The notes beneath the pieces were generated by a model. The model did no database searches. It had not been told where the DNA came from and saw only the letters and a program-made list of their open reading frames with translations. From the human T2T-CHM13v2.0 reference genome, Homo sapiens, in assembly GCF_009914755.1 (NCBI RefSeq), contig NC_060931.1: a DNA stretch of 64,000 nucleotides. One strand, given 5' to 3'. Shown here piece after piece: positions 1 through 15,547 of this stretch. Position 1 is the stretch's first letter; each line of letters begins with the position of its first letter. A program made the translations under genes and the position numbers.

Positions 1-322
1 CACAAAATCATTTTAAGTCTTTGCTCAAATATTTACTCTTCAGTGATGACCACATATTTAAAATTGAAATTCTCCCTGGTTCCTTAGCCTACACAGTCTC
101 CCTTATACTGGTATGCTTTTTACCTTTTCCTTACCATTTGCCACATTATAGCATGCTATATTTTATGTATTTATTACGTTAATTTACTTATTGTCTACCT
201 ACTACCACTAGAATATAAACGTCACAAGGACAGAGAATTTTTGTTTGCTTTGTTTATAGATGTATCCCAAGGTCCTTGACCATTGCCGGTAAATTAGTAG
301 GGCCTCAATAAAAAAGTTATTG
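1..322 (+). mobile_element. L2 LINE 3' end
   Basis: ccactagaatataaac…aaggacagaga…tgtatcccaag…tagtagggcctcaataaa. Confidence 0.75.
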
Positions 323-861
323 GAATAGTGATATGGACTTAAATTAGTAATTTGTCTTCTCCTTAGAAACTTAAAAATTCTCCAACAGAAAAACAGTCAA
401 GGCATATGAGCAAACAATTCCCAAGGGAAAAAAGTATAGAAACACAACTTCACAGGTAATCAAAGAAATGCAAAATGATGTCTTGAGAGAACACTTGAAA
501 AATTATAAAATAAGGTAAAACACTGTTGGCAATGAGTTAGGGAAACAGGTGAATACATTGTTGTGTAAAGTGGTAAAATATTTATCAGCTGTTTTGTTAA
601 TATAAAGGGCATATTAAAATCATAACTAGACAAATAATGGAAAAATGGAAAGTACTATATATTTTATAGCTATGGAAAAACGATAACAACTTAAATTTCC
701 AATAATAGGGAATCACTTTGGCAACTTATTTCTATATAGAGAAATATTATGTAGCAATTTTTAAAAATTACGATGATAAGATATCCATTTCTTATTAACT
801 AGTGGAAAAATAGGTAAGAAAATATATGTATCATAAAATATTTATTGGGGGAGGACATTTA

Positions 862-1115
862 GGGTAGAATGTAAGAGTGTGGGTTTGTAGAGTCAGACTG
901 CCTGGGTTTGGTTATTTTCCATCACTTATGGTTATGAAATAATGGCAAGTTAGTTCACTGAGTAGAACCTCTCTAAACCTTAGTCTAGACATCTACAGAA
1001 TGAGGGCATGTTATCTACTTCAGAGAGTTGTTATTAGGATTACGTGATAAAATCTATGTAGTGTACTTAACAGTGTCTGAGACATGGACATGCTCAGTAA
1101 ATGTTAGCTGCTGCT
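862..1115 (+). mobile_element. MIR SINE
   Basis: gagtcagactgcctgggttt…ggcaagtta…aacctctct…gttgttattaggatta…gctcagtaaatgttagct. Confidence 0.8.
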
Positions 1116-4100
1116 ATTGTTACCTGCTTTATTTGGACATCTACATGTGTGAGGAAAAATACAGAATGATATATAATAAAAACTGTAATTATTACTTAAA
1201 GATTGGTTAGTATGTCATTTTATACTTTTATTTCTTTGCAAAGCCTACCCTATATTCCAAGTAATACCTGTTATTTGTGTAATAAATACACACACATACA
1301 TACAAAAGGCATAAGAAATACGTAAAACACATGACCAAACTATGTTTATTATAGGATTCCACTCTCTTCCCTGCTGTGAAAAATAAAGATTGTATATTAG
1401 CAATTTGTCCTCAAAGGAATTAACTATTTTTAATGTTTTACATTTAAGAGCCTAAATATCTTCTTTTAAGGTCAAAATAGTCATTAAAATATAGAATTAC
1501 CCCATTTGTTAAAAACCGGTTAATATAAAACCAACAAGAAAGTCTGAAAGTTTTAATAAGCTATAACTTGTGGGAGTAGGAATCTAATCTTTTTTAATGC
1601 TTCCTGTACATGACACATTTATGTATTTTGTAATTTAATATAAACCTAATCCTATAAGGTGGACATTATCCCTATTTTACAAGTAAGTTCATCAAGTTTC
1701 AAGATTACTGTTAGTAAAATGAGAAACTGAGGCCAATTCAGGTTGACTGGACTGCAAAGTTCACGGTCTTTCCACCAATTCAATACCAACATCTCATGTT
1801 TCCTATCGTGGATTCCTGAAAAGGCTAAGAATACGTAGCCAAGAGAGGGAGAAAGAATGCTTTGCAGGGTTAGGTAGGAAAGACTAAAAATGTATAATAG
1901 GTTGACTCAGATAGTACAGCTAGTATTAACAAGGTCAGGAATATTTCAACAAATATACCTAAACATATCAATTATCATATTGGTATACATAGACAAAAAT
2001 GACTGGTTAAAATGAATATATGATATATATCATTATGTATGTATAATGATACATTATAAATATATATGTTTAGATAAGAAACACACTCAAAGTGCCATAG
2101 AAATCTAAAGCTAAAGCGATGGAAAAAAGATATATTAAGCAAATATAAAAAAAATCAGTTTCCTGAGACATTTATATAAAGGCCAAAAAAAAGTTAATCT
2201 CTCCAGCAATGCTATACCCATAAATATCCCATACAGAAAAATTACCTACACCTTAATTCATTTTAACTTATTTTAAGATAGCCTTTTTAGTGGGTACTAG
2301 AAAATATATTTTTAAATGTCTAAATATAGCATGTCTACTGGTTCTTTCTTGTCTCCATGCTTAGCTCCCTGACTAGCAAGCAATGGATTAACCACAGACT
2401 CAGAATATTATGTAATATCTGAACATTTTTAGAGATAAATAATTTCACTAGTACCAAATGAACTCATTGGCATAATGTTTAACATAAAGATAGAAAATAA
2501 TTATTTGGACAAATCATTTTGATACTGTGAAATTAACACTAGAGAAGGATGACAGCCTGAAGTCAGTGTGTTTTCTTTGTGATTTGTGAGCAAGTTATTT
2601 AGCCCATCTGTGCCAAAGATTTCCAATTTCTATTTAATTATGAATTCCACCAACTTTAAATAAATGGTTGAAGTATAATGAGAAGGAGATAATAGCTTGC
2701 TTTTCAAAGAGAAATTTTTATTCTGTGGCCTGAAAGTACATAATGAAATCCTTTTATAATTTCTGTACTAAGAGATTAGTTAAAATACATTTGATAATAT
2801 ACAGAGAATACAAAGCTCGTATCAAATTGAATGACTTCTTGATATAAGCTATTGCCTGGAATGGAAATAATATAAATTTAAAATAAATACTTATTTCTTA
2901 GGTAAAGATTTAAATTAGATTAGAAAAATTTATATAAGAGTTTCTTTATTCTAGAAAAAGACAAATGTTATTGGGTTCCATACCCATTATCTACAGATTG
3001 CCTATGCATGATGTTTAAAAGCATTCTCTAAATACTAGAATAACAAAGTCTTAAGGTTAGAATATAATAACTATTTACTAAAGATTCTCTAAATAGTCAA
3101 TTAAGACATTATTTTTGAGAATACATTAATTTGTAACATGACAAGTGGTGAGCACCACTCTCTATTTTTCTTTGACATTTCTGGATACCACTTCTCACTA
3201 CTGAGCAAGTTACCTGGCCTCTTGGTGCCTCAACAAACTCCACATTACATTGTGGATGATATCTGTACCTATCACATAGAATTGTCATGAGGATTAAAGG
3301 GGTAACTGTCACACAATGTCTGTTTCTTATAAGCATTATTTTCTTCATGACCTTAAATATCAGTGTTTCCTAGCACTCCATTCTGGAACTACTTCAAGCA
3401 GCACATCCTTCTCAATGTCAACAAATAGCTTTGGCTCGAAATTCACATTTACAACTTCTTATGATGTCCCCAGTTGAATATTTTTTAGGTATCTCAACTC
3501 ATCGTACCCCAAGCTAAATTCACTCTTAATCTACTCCTCATTCTCAACAAAACCCTTCCAATCTATTCCTGTGTATCTCCAAAATCAAATGTATTGAATA
3601 GCACCGATATCCAATCCATCTAGTTGACATCCAATTCAGGAAAAACTGAAATTATCCTTCACTTAAGACCAATATTATTTTGGCCACCAAACATGATAAT
3701 CCAGCCTCCTAAATATTGATTTATATTTTATTTTATATCATATACAAATAATTGTATATATGTAAGTAATTATAAAATAATTATATTTTAATATAATATA
3801 TATTTCATATTCCTATTACCATCTTGCCTTGCCTCTCAAACTACTGAAATTATCTCCTAACTTTTCTCCCTCCCTCCAGTTTATCCCTATCTGAAGCATA
3901 AATCATCCACACTTCACATATCACCTTAGTGATATTTCCAAAGCACTAATATAATCATGTCACTCTCCGCCTATAATACATAAATGTCCCTCCTCCATGT
4001 AAAGAATAAATCTCTAAATCTTTTTTCCAATAAATCCTTCAATAATTTATTTGCTTGACATCTGGTCTAGTCTCATCTATCACCATACTCTCTTGCTTTC

Positions 4101-5384
4101 GACCCATATGAATACTTGTCATACCCAAACATAAATTCTTTCTTTCCAACTTTAATCCTATATGCTCTTACCTCTGGCATAATTTCCACTGCCGAACTAT
4201 ATGAGAATCTCAGCACACACATGATCTTGTATGAAACTATCCCTTTACAAAGTCAACTTTTGGCCTTTAATCTTTGTTAATATCTTAGTGGTAATTCTAA
4301 TGCTGCTCTTATTAAACTGTACCGTGATGGTCTACTTTTCTTGCTTTTTCAGGAGATAATGAAAAACTTTTATTTACCTTGTCTTCTCAAAACTACCATG
4401 TGAAATTTATCCAATCTAAAAAGAAATATCTTTAACTTATAAAAATTAACAAAATATATATTTTAGACCCAGTGTGAACTAGCTAAATTTTATATTTTTT
4501 TCAAAAAAACTATAATTATTGTATACTTGTTTTAAACATTTTATGTGATTACTTTTTAAGTTTTTTGTCATTGTTTGATTAATCTGATACTTGTTGCATA
4601 TTTGTTGAACACTGTTAGATAAATGCCATAGTGAGGACCATGCACATTCTGCTAAGACAAAAACAACAGAATTGGAGAATATTTTTATTCTCTACAAATC
4701 TCATTATGTGATTTTATTCTGAGGAACTTACAAATAAATAGGATCAAGACAAATACATCACAATGAAATGTAAATGTCTAATACTATAATTTTAAGCTGA
4801 AAAAAAAAAACAAATCCTAAGAGAATTTTAAAAATATCATCCAAATTTGGCTTCAAACCACTGACTCACTTCTCTTAAACTTGACTTCCAAAGATACAAC
4901 TGTGACTAAATTTCATCTTGCTTTACATCTGGTACACACACACAAACACAGACACATACACACACACAGCCCAAAAAGCAACACTGGTTGATATGCACTT
5001 TAAAGATCCCCAAATTAGCTTCTAACAGATGTAATATTGAAATCTACCTTAGGAATTCATTCAGTTATTCATTCAACAGACATTCAGCATCTTCTGAATG
5101 ACAGACTCTGCTAGGCACTGAGAATCAGAGATGAGTATATAATATCTTTTTTTTTGAAATGCTAAAATGTTTTTATTTTTATTACTTTTTACAAATTTAT
5201 TTATTTATTTAAATTGACAGATGAAATTATATGTATTTATTGTATCATATACACTATTTTTAAAAACTCACACTTAACAAACCACTGTTCACAAACTCAA
5301 AGAACTGACAAATGAGTAAAGCAAATCAGATACAGGAAAAACCACTACATCAGCATAATAATAAATTTTATGAGTATTTTCAGA

Positions 5385-6007
<623 letters not shown>

Positions 6008-8107
6008 ATTAAACTCTAATCTGAGATAATAAAACAGACCAGGTGTTTTAGTTTTAGATTAGTTTTGAAAGCACAACCAAAATGAGTTATATAACTTACG
6101 AGATACTGATGGAGTTCAACCAATGCAGAGAAGGAAAGTCACAACTTCCCTATGCTGCCACACTGGAAAGAAGGTGATGAGTTTCAAATTTGCTATATGA
6201 ATTCAATACTCATCCCACACTGCACGCCTCCTTGCTCTCAATATACACCTTGCTGCTCAGCTTTCTAATTCCTAAGATCATATACATATATACATATATT
6301 TTCCAGCTAGGTATATAAATAAAAGTGAATATGGCACTTATAATAAAAATAAAAATCACATGTGAGATATTCTGTAATGATAAAAAAAAGTACATTTCTG
6401 AAGGGGTCTGATATAAACTGATAACAATACACCATTAATAATATAAGTTTTACATTTCAGTTTGGCAAAATATATGTAAAGTATTTCAGAATTTAACAGG
6501 AAATTCTCCTTGGTACACTGCACTGCATTATTACATGATACCTTATGAATTATATATGCCTTCTCGTATATTCAGTCTTTTAACCTCTTTATATCTGAGT
6601 TTCTTCATTCAAAGTAGTGATAATGTCGTTTTCTTCAGGGTTGTTGTCAAGATAAAATTAAAAGTGTGTATAGAAGTGCCTTGCATAGTGTCTACAACAA
6701 GGTGCACCTATTTACTTTTGGGTAAATAAACACTGGATGCTTCCCAGAGCTGGAGCTGAACGCTTGATGACAGAGATGCCAATCTAAATAAGGCACATCC
6801 CTGACCAGGAAGATTTCACAGTAGGGTAGCCCTGAAACTTCAGTTGGGTTCTAATCAATCCAGAGAAAAAGACTTTCAAACTTTCTTCTGAAAGAGACAA
6901 TATATGGAAATGTAACTTCTGAGACTGCTTTCTTAGAGTCTTCTAATGGATTTAAAATGGAACGTTTGTGTGAATAAACAAAATTGCAAGTCACTTAGTG
7001 TTTTTGGAAATAGCACAATAATCATTAGAGAAAAATTATGAAAACTATATCAGATATTCATATTATGTGAAGTATTCTTTGTTATTAAACAAAACTTAGC
7101 TTTTGGATTTTATTGTTATTATTGTTCCTGTTTCCATTGTAGAATGGCAATTCTTTAAAAAATCTTGGTGTACCATTTTATACCACTAGCACCTGCAAAA
7201 CAAGAGAAAACAAGCAACTGATGGTTTCATAAGGAGAGCAACCAGTATTTATTGAACATCCATTCTGGCTAGCTTTACACTTGTCACTGTGAGGAAAGAC
7301 ATTCATATTAAAAGATACTGTATGTATCTTCCCTTAAGATATGTACAGTCTTCATAGAAAGGCAAGAGACACACTTGAGATAGTTAACAAAACAAGTCAG
7401 TAAATGAACAAATGTCAGAATTAGTGATATAAACAACAGGTAAAGCCATGCCACAAAATGTCTTCAATTAAATATCTATCCTGTTCTACCGTCAAAATAA
7501 GCAGAAGTATTTCTCAGTTGCCAGGAATTTACAAGAATTATTAATTATGCATGTATATATGTAATGAATAAAGCACATGGGAGGATAAAAATAAATTCCC
7601 CTCTCGAATGCTGAGATAAGTAAGTCTGCCTGCAGAGGTTTAACTATAAAATCAATGCATAATGGATCAAAGAATATATTTCTCTGAAACTTCCAGTCCA
7701 TAGCAAAATTTCCTGAAAGTAATACACCTAAAAAAAGAATGTGCAAGTCACAAGGGAGTAGAAAGGGATGGCTGTTCAACATTGCAATATAGAATGAAAA
7801 AAAAAAATCACAAAGTCACAAAATTAGCACTGCTCATCTAAGCACCAAGCAGGGGAGAGTCTTGGTTCCCAGACATTGACTATTCAGTTCCCTGAGGCAA
7901 GGCTGCACCATTTGAGGAGGATGTATCCGGCTACCTTTCCCTAAAGGCAGCAGACAATCAAATTATGTAACTAACACCTTTGTCCTAATTTCCTGCTTAA
8001 AAGAGAAAATTTTGGATTGCCACAGAGCTTCCCAAGAACAAGGAAAATACTAGAAAAGGGATGGGAATATGTACTCCCTTTTTTTAGTCACATTTCTCAC
8101 AATAAAA

Positions 8108-8370
8108 GTAATTATAGTAGGGAACACTTTTTGAGCAATTACTATGCGCCAGGTGCTAAGTGCTTTACCTGAAATAACCCTTTAAACTAACACAATAATC
8201 CTATCAGCTATGCGCAGCTACTGTCCCCATTTTTCAAATGAGGAAACTGAGGCACAGGGAGGTAACATTATTATTCAAGATGACACAGTCAGTAGACACT
8301 GAGATAAGATTCGGACCTAGGTAGCCTCACTCCAAAGTCCTTGATCATTTAAAAATATGACACTATACTG
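8108..8370 (-). mobile_element. MIR SINE
   Basis: ttgagcaattactatgcgccagg…cccatttttcaaatgaggaaactgaggcacag core. Confidence 0.82.
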
Positions 8371-11091
8371 CTTTGCACAATAACATATTACTTGATATTT
8401 ATAATTTATACAAAATAATTCCATGAGCCTGGTGGACATAAATCAGTATCTTTAAATGTCCCAACAGTTCTGGACCCTGTGAAAATCAAATTTCTGGGCT
8501 TTTAATGCTAGGTCTAGGTTTTTTTTTTTCTTTTAGTCACATTTTGTAGTGACCAGTCAGCCTCCTAGAGTGGGAGGGAATCTGACCACTACATGAGATT
8601 TCTTTTCTTTACTGTACACATATGCTCTCCCAAGTTCCATATATTTTCTTCTATTTCTATGTGATGTAGATAAAACATAATGCTTTGTATCTCTGAAATA
8701 AGATAGCATTTGTTTCAAATTAACACACATTTTGATAATAAAAAATTATCAATGAGTTGTGTTAAAAAGATACTGTGTCCCGATATAAACAGATGGCATA
8801 TAATCTAAAACAAATTATCATTACAACTTTTTATTGTGAAAACAAGGCCAAATAAATGTAACATGTATTACCCTTAAATAAACCATTTTGAAGTAGCTAA
8901 ATGACATATAGCCATTATTTTTCAGTTTCTTTAGCTGTATAATAGACTAGTATTTTACTACATTACAAATTTATTTCTTTTTTAAAGTTTGTTTTCTTCC
9001 TACAACATTACACGTTCTTAGAAAAGGTCCTAGAATGTTATCTTTTAATTCTATCCTAAAGAACATATGTTTTTTGCATAGTCAAAAGCCAAGAATAAAA
9101 ATCTTGTCCTTAACACAACAGTTCTTCAAAGCATCTTTTTAGTTTTGAAATATCACAGATTCTTGTGTCTATTTCCTTAAAAAAAAATGCAAAAATTGGC
9201 AGCACTCAAGCACCAGCTCCTGAATTGTTTTCATGAACGTGCACAGCCTGGGTAGAAAATCAAACATCAGAAAGCAAGTGAGGTTCTTCCCACTAGCTCA
9301 CTGAGTTCCTCGTGTAAGAAAGGACATGGCACAGGGTTGGACACCCACTATCAGAGGCCCAACAACAGATGGACTGACTAAGAATTAGCAGTGATGCCAA
9401 AATCAGGAAATGTCAAAATAAAATTGAATAATGCACACAGGTTGAGTAAAATGGGGGAAAAAAAAACAACGTGTGCAAATAGTAACCTGAAATCAGAATC
9501 AATGTTGAAGGAAGCAAGATGTAAAATGTGTTTTCAATTACTGTAAGAAGAACTCAGTTCACATGTTAGGGTTATAACAAAGAATAAAGAGGGTCGCTTA
9601 TATTTTGAGAGTGCTAAATGACTGTCATAGTTTCCTCATGTTGATTTAGGAATCAACGCTAAGAAACAAATATAGAAGTTTCAGCCATTAAAGAATGTGT
9701 CTTTTGACCTTGGCTTCAAAGGAAGGTTATTGTTTAGACAATTTGTGGGGTTAGGAGAGAGATCTACTCTAGAGACTAGAGATGACGTTTCAGAAATAGG
9801 TCTACTATAGAGAGCCCTGTATGCTAGGCTCATGAATATAGAAGTCACCCTTAAGGAAGAGAGACATCACTGGAGTATTCTGAATATAAAAGTACTATGT
9901 GTAACATGGGAAAAGTAAATATTATGAAAATTATTCTGAGTTATATGGTATAGATTGAAATAGGAAGAATGGACGCTGCGTACTGGGTTTAGCTGAAAAG
10001 TATGCTAGATATTGGGAGGTTGACAAAAACTTTACATATCAACTGTCCCTTTAGGCTGTGCAAAAAACTAGCACCCCCTAGGACAGACAGCAGAGCCAAT
10101 GGCAATTCAAATGCCTTATGTAGTGCCTTAAACCATGTCAAGAATGATTAGCCTTCACTTAAGAATGGCTTAAAGTGGGGAAATGGGCTCTTTTTTCTTT
10201 GTGAATAAATTATGGCTCTATTCAGACTGAAAGAGAACAAGAAAGGGGAAAATCTTTCCAAAGACTTGGAAGAAAAATAGACCTCAAAAAATGATTTACT
10301 AAAGAATCAGAAGAAATAATTTGAAGATGATTTGGCAGTTTTAATATAATGTTGAAAAAATGCTTTAGATGAATTAGCAGTAGGAAGATCTGGAAATGAA
10401 AATATATCTTCTGTGAGGTAATGGAGATGGGTAAGAAATGAATAAAACAGAAGATAAATTCATAATGCAGTCATAGAATTAAACTTTGATATTAGAAAAG
10501 AACAGCATAAACATTAAAGAATTTTTTTTTGAAAACTTTACCAGGGTGTAATTGAATAGGACAAAGAAAGAAAAATGGAAATGGACAACTAAAGCACATA
10601 TGATAAAAGAACTGTAATTCATTCTTGAGAACAAAACCAGAATAACTAGAACAGGAGTAATACTCAGGACACATCTGTCAATATCTTTCCTGAATGGAAA
10701 AAGAAACAGATCAAGCAGATCACATAGGTTCACTGAACTCCAAAGAAATCAATGCAAAGAGATAAACCTAGATTTATTATTTTAAATTTATTATTTTAGC
10801 ATCCTTTTCCTAATGATATATTGAAATGTATACTACATATACAGCTACAAAATCATGTTACTCTTTTGCATCCTGAATAATAAAAAACTTGTTTACCCAT
10901 TTTCAGAGAAAAGAGACATTTAAAAAAACTATAAACCACCCATTTGAAGTTCCTGTGTAATGACAGTGAAACACATTATACAACATATAAAGACTTCTGA
11001 TATAATATTAACTATACAATTTTGATGGGAAAAATTATTTAACACATTTTAAATGGCTAAGAAAGAAGTTAAAATAAAAAACTCTGTGATT

Positions 11092-11207
11092 ATTTATAGC
11101 CGTACCATCTTGAATTCACCTGATCTGATCTTGGCACCTAAGCAGGTTTGGGCCTGGTTAGTACTAGGATGAGAAATTACCTAGGACTGCTGGGTGCTGT
11201 AGGCTTG
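11092..11207 (+). pseudogene. 5S rRNA pseudogene (retroposed, RNA5SP-type)
   Basis: Colinear with 5S rRNA over full length (…ctaagcagg…gggcctggttagtact…gggtgctgtaggctt). It has a 5-nt deletion, decayed consensus CpGs and an A-rich (CAAA)n tail at 11208-11225. Confidence 0.92.
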
Positions 11208-13525
11208 AAACAAACAAACAAAAAAGAATGGGAAGTTGTACTAATAAATGAATTAAATTTATTATCCATTTGAAAGAATGTTTTCCCAAAATACAAATAA
11301 TTCCTTATAGAAGTATTATTTATAAAAACCTAAATTGGAACCAAATAAAGTGTTCCTCAATAAATGGTCACACATTGACATAAAATTTAGGTATCAAAAT
11401 GTTTACAAAGTTATTTTAATGCCACAAAAAGCATTTAACACACAATCCTGTTAAGTGAAAAAGAGAAAATATAAACATATATAAAGAATGTTAGATAAAT
11501 ACAGAATGTCAGAATAAATATGAGGCATAAAATAAATATGTTGTATTAAGAGTACTTTTATCTTCAGGGAATCAGTTGTGATACATTTCCTGCTTTTGTT
11601 TTGTTAAATAACTTTCTACACTTTCTAAATTTTCTACAATGAGCACTATTATAACCAAAAATATAGAGAGCTAAAATAATATCGAATTTTGATATTCTGT
11701 TGAAATAATTGTGTATTTTTATATTTAGGCTAGAATACATCTGACAAAATTATATAGTTTTATAATGCTCATAATGGTTATATTAAAATCATTATAAACT
11801 CCATTTCAATTAGAGACATACAAATCCCTTAAATATGTACATGTTAAATATTCTTAATATTTCAGGTATAATACCAACTTCCCTTTAATGTCCAGGAGGA
11901 TTTTTACTGTATTCTGAGTTGGTGGTTGATTGCTTGCTTTGATTTTACACAAACACTTTTGAAACTCAATTTGGAAGCTTATTAACAAGGAGATAATGGG
12001 CATGCACTTAGTAAAGGATTCCACAGCATCAAAGAATTGAAAGCAAGTTTAAAGTATTCTGTGTTTTACACATTACCTTCTTTTGGATTTTGTTAGACTG
12101 CATATTAGAGGAAACCTGCTTTTTTAAAACATTGAGTTATGAAGAAAATACCTTTTTGGAAGATAAAATAAAAGAAGTGATAATGAAAGATGCATACTGG
12201 CATACAGAAAGGTATATGAGAACTTCCTGTTTGCTCACATCCTACAAAGAAAGTATAATTTATTATATTTTCCATAATATTCCTGAAATCAAGACATTTA
12301 TACATGAGTGAGTGAATGAGTGAATGAATAAGTGAATGAAAATGTCAATGTAAATTTTGTGAATTGCTAAAAATGTTAAAGAATTTTTAGTTCCCTCAAT
12401 ATGTGTGTCTTGCTTTGCTTGTAAATAGTATAGCTATTTTAGCTTAAGTGGACCAAATGTATTTTAAATCTTTTGCGGGGTAGAGTAAGGCAGGAAGAAG
12501 AACAGAAATAAGAACTTCTTTTGTTTTAATTTTAAACCTATCTAGGCAAAAAGTATGTAAAGCTTATATTTAATAATCTAATATATTGCATTTATTTTAT
12601 TGTAACCTGTGGTCTCCCAATCATAAGTTTTTTTTTTAACAAAATGTATTTTAAGGAAATAATATAATTAATATAAATTTATACAAAGAGTATCCTGGTG
12701 GGTATATTTTCAAAAGTCAGATTTATTACCCTAGAAATGTTCATATGATGGGCAAGAGTTCCAGGTAAGACTTGGAGGTCAACAGAGGCACTCTCAGCTA
12801 AATCAGCCATATAAAATCTTGATAAATTATATGAAGATACAAAGCTACTATTTAGGAGAACCAATGTCTCATTTTTATTATGTAAACATCATTTCTATGC
12901 ATGAAGCACAAGTGGCCTTTATTACTCTTTATCTCTATGAAGCACTGTGTTGTTTTCCTATATCCCAAATCACTATTTCTACAGAATAAATTATGACTAG
13001 AGAATCCATCAGACTCTGGGGCAAAGACTGAAGCAGCGGCAAAGGAAATTTAAATACCAGAAAGATTCAATGTCTTATTTCAAAAGAGGCAGAGGAAGGA
13101 AGCACCTGAGTACAACTCTTCAAGCATTTCAAAGTCACTCTCTTAGTTAAATTTGCTTAGGAGATATGTAGCTCTCAGAAGTAAGAGTCTAAATGATGAA
13201 GAAGAATATAATAGTCTTGATTTCAAGTCTTCTTTGTAGTTAGCTGAATTCAAACTTTTTATTAGACCACCGACTTAACTTAGATGGAAAGCATTAGCAT
13301 GGCCCTTTACACAAAAATTATTAAATAAATGGCACACATCTAAAGTAGACCTTTTATTACTTGGATCTAGTTTGACCCCTAAGTGTTTATATTATTAATT
13401 GCTCTGAGAGAAGTGTAGGAAACAAAAACTAGTTTTGTGTTGTTGATGCATGCTGTTACATTCCATCTTTCATGAGGGTGCAGAATTTGCTGACACTTGA
13501 TGAAGCTTAACTAATGTATGGTGAC

Positions 13526-13921
13526 TGCTATGGTTTGAATGTGACCTCTCCCAATTTAAGTGTGGAAACTTAATCCCTATTTGGTAGTAGGAAGAGGGGG
13601 GGGCCTTTGAGGGAGTTATTAAATCATGCAGGATCCATCCTTATGAATGGGTTAGTGCCTTAGAAAAGAGCTGGAAGGAACTAGCTTACATCACTTTTAC
13701 TCTCCCACTTTCTGCCATGTGAGGGCATAGCGTTTTGTCTCTTTTGGCCTCCTGCTCTGCCACGTAAGAACATAGCAAGAAGGTCTTACCAGACAAATAA
13801 TGCTTGTGCCTTGATCTTGGACTTTCAATACTCCTGACCTATAAGAATAAACTTCTGTTGTTTATAAATTACCCAGTCTGTAGTAAAGTATTTTGTTATA
13901 GCAGCATTAATAAACTGAGAA
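13526..13921 (+). mobile_element. MaLR solo LTR (MST-type)
   Basis: Starts tgctatggtttgaatg; ends aataaacttctgttgtttataaattacccagtct...ttgttatagcagca. Confidence 0.85.
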
Positions 13922-13951
13922 GATAACCATAACATTGAGAAGAGCTATTAG

Positions 13952-14537
13952 TGAAGTGGTCCCTATAAATTTCGTAAAATTAATCAGGGAAGAAGGGAAG
14001 GGTAGAAATGAGAATAAACCAAGCTTGTGGTATATTTGGCATTAATCATTAGGTCAGCTTGCTCTCTGATCTGCTTTCTCATAGTTGTTTGTCACCTATT
14101 GTCTCAGAATCATGCAGATCCTACATGATAGTTTCCTTTAACTGCTCTATAGATAACAACTTGAGCATTGTGAAATGTTAAATTTTCCTTTTGAAATATT
14201 CTTTCAGGGCCTGCACACCAATGAAACTACTGATATCAGCTGTTCTGAAGAAACCCAGAAGAGACTGAATCACCAAAGAGTGCAGTTTCCACATCCTGAT
14301 GATTTTATCATCCTTACTCTGACCAAACAGTGACCTCAATTTTACAGCCCCTCACACCCTATAATCATCCTAAAAACTTCAGCCCAGAACTCCTCAGGAG
14401 GATAATTTGAGGGTTTCTCCCATTTCCTTATTTGGCTGCCCTGTAATCATTAAACACTTTCTCTGCTGCAAACCCTGTTGTCTTGGTGTATTGGTCTGTT
14501 ACTGTGCAGCAGGCATTATGAACCTAGCGGTCCTACA
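13952..14537 (+). mobile_element. ERV1 solo LTR (LTR26-like)
   Basis: tgaa…ccctataaa…aattaatcagggaagaagggaagg…aataaaccaagcttg…attaatcattaggtcagcttgctctctga; ATTAAA poly(A) signal near 14449; ends TACA. Confidence 0.75.
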
Positions 14538-15178
14538 ATATCAGAGTGTGAAACCACTGGCCAGAGAGTTCTGGATCTAAATTCTGATTTTCCCATTTAT
14601 TGGCACTGTGATTTTGGACACATTATGTAAAGTTTATGGTCCTCAGTTTCTTATTTAGATAACAGAGATAAAAGGTTTTTTTTTAATCTGTTTAGAATGA
14701 AATGAGCAAACATAATGGAAGAACCAAGTACACTGTTGTAACACAATGTAAATCAATAGACATTGTCTCTCTCCTTCCCTCTTCCTTTCTTCCTTTCTCC
14801 CATGTGCATTTCCTGATATAATTACCAGCATATAGAAATAAAAACATATTTTAGTAAATTTGGAGCAAGGCCAACATCTATTAAAACAAGGTAAAACAAT
14901 ATTGTGATTAAGAGTAAAGCGTCTAATTCTGGGGAAGGTTCCTTCTAAGTGTTTTGACATATTTTATTTAATCTTCCCTGAGTTCAATACGGAAGCTAAA
15001 TTACAAACTTTACCACAAGATAAGAAAGAGGCAAGAAAATAGAATTTTATAAGCATTTCTTAAAGACTGCTAAGGAATTGTAGTGTGTGTGGTATGAAGT
15101 TGTTCATATTGGCCTGCAAGCAAGCATTCTGGCAAGATAAAATTATATAAACAAATTTAAAAATATTCTTTTTGGATA

Positions 15179-15547
15179 TGTTATGGTCTGAATGGTCTGA
15201 ATGTATGTGTTCCTCCAAAAATTGTATGCCAAAATCTAACCCACAAAATGTGTTGGGGTTAAGAGGTAAGGCCTTTTGTGTAGTACTGAAGTGATGAGGG
15301 AGGAGCCCTCATGAATGGGATTAGTGCCCATATGAAAGAGGCCTGAAGGAGCTTGTTGGTCTCCTCCCCCATGAAAGGACACATAAAAGGTGCTGTCTAT
15401 GAGGAATGGATGCACACCTGACACCAAGTCTGCTGGCGTCTTGATCTTAGACTTCCCAGCCTTCAAACTGAAAGCAATACATTTTTGTTGTTTATAAATT
15501 ACCCAGTCTAAGGTATTTTATTAGAGCAGCCTGAATGAACTAAAACA
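15179..15547 (+). mobile_element. MaLR solo LTR (MLT1A/MSTD-type)
   Basis: TG…CA ends, gagccctcatgaatgggattagtgccc core; 5-bp flanks ggata/gtata. Confidence 0.85.

Noticed and set aside
10200-10780. A-rich stretch resembling an L1 ORF1/HAL1 remnant
   Set aside because: Too degenerate to give a family or boundaries confidently.
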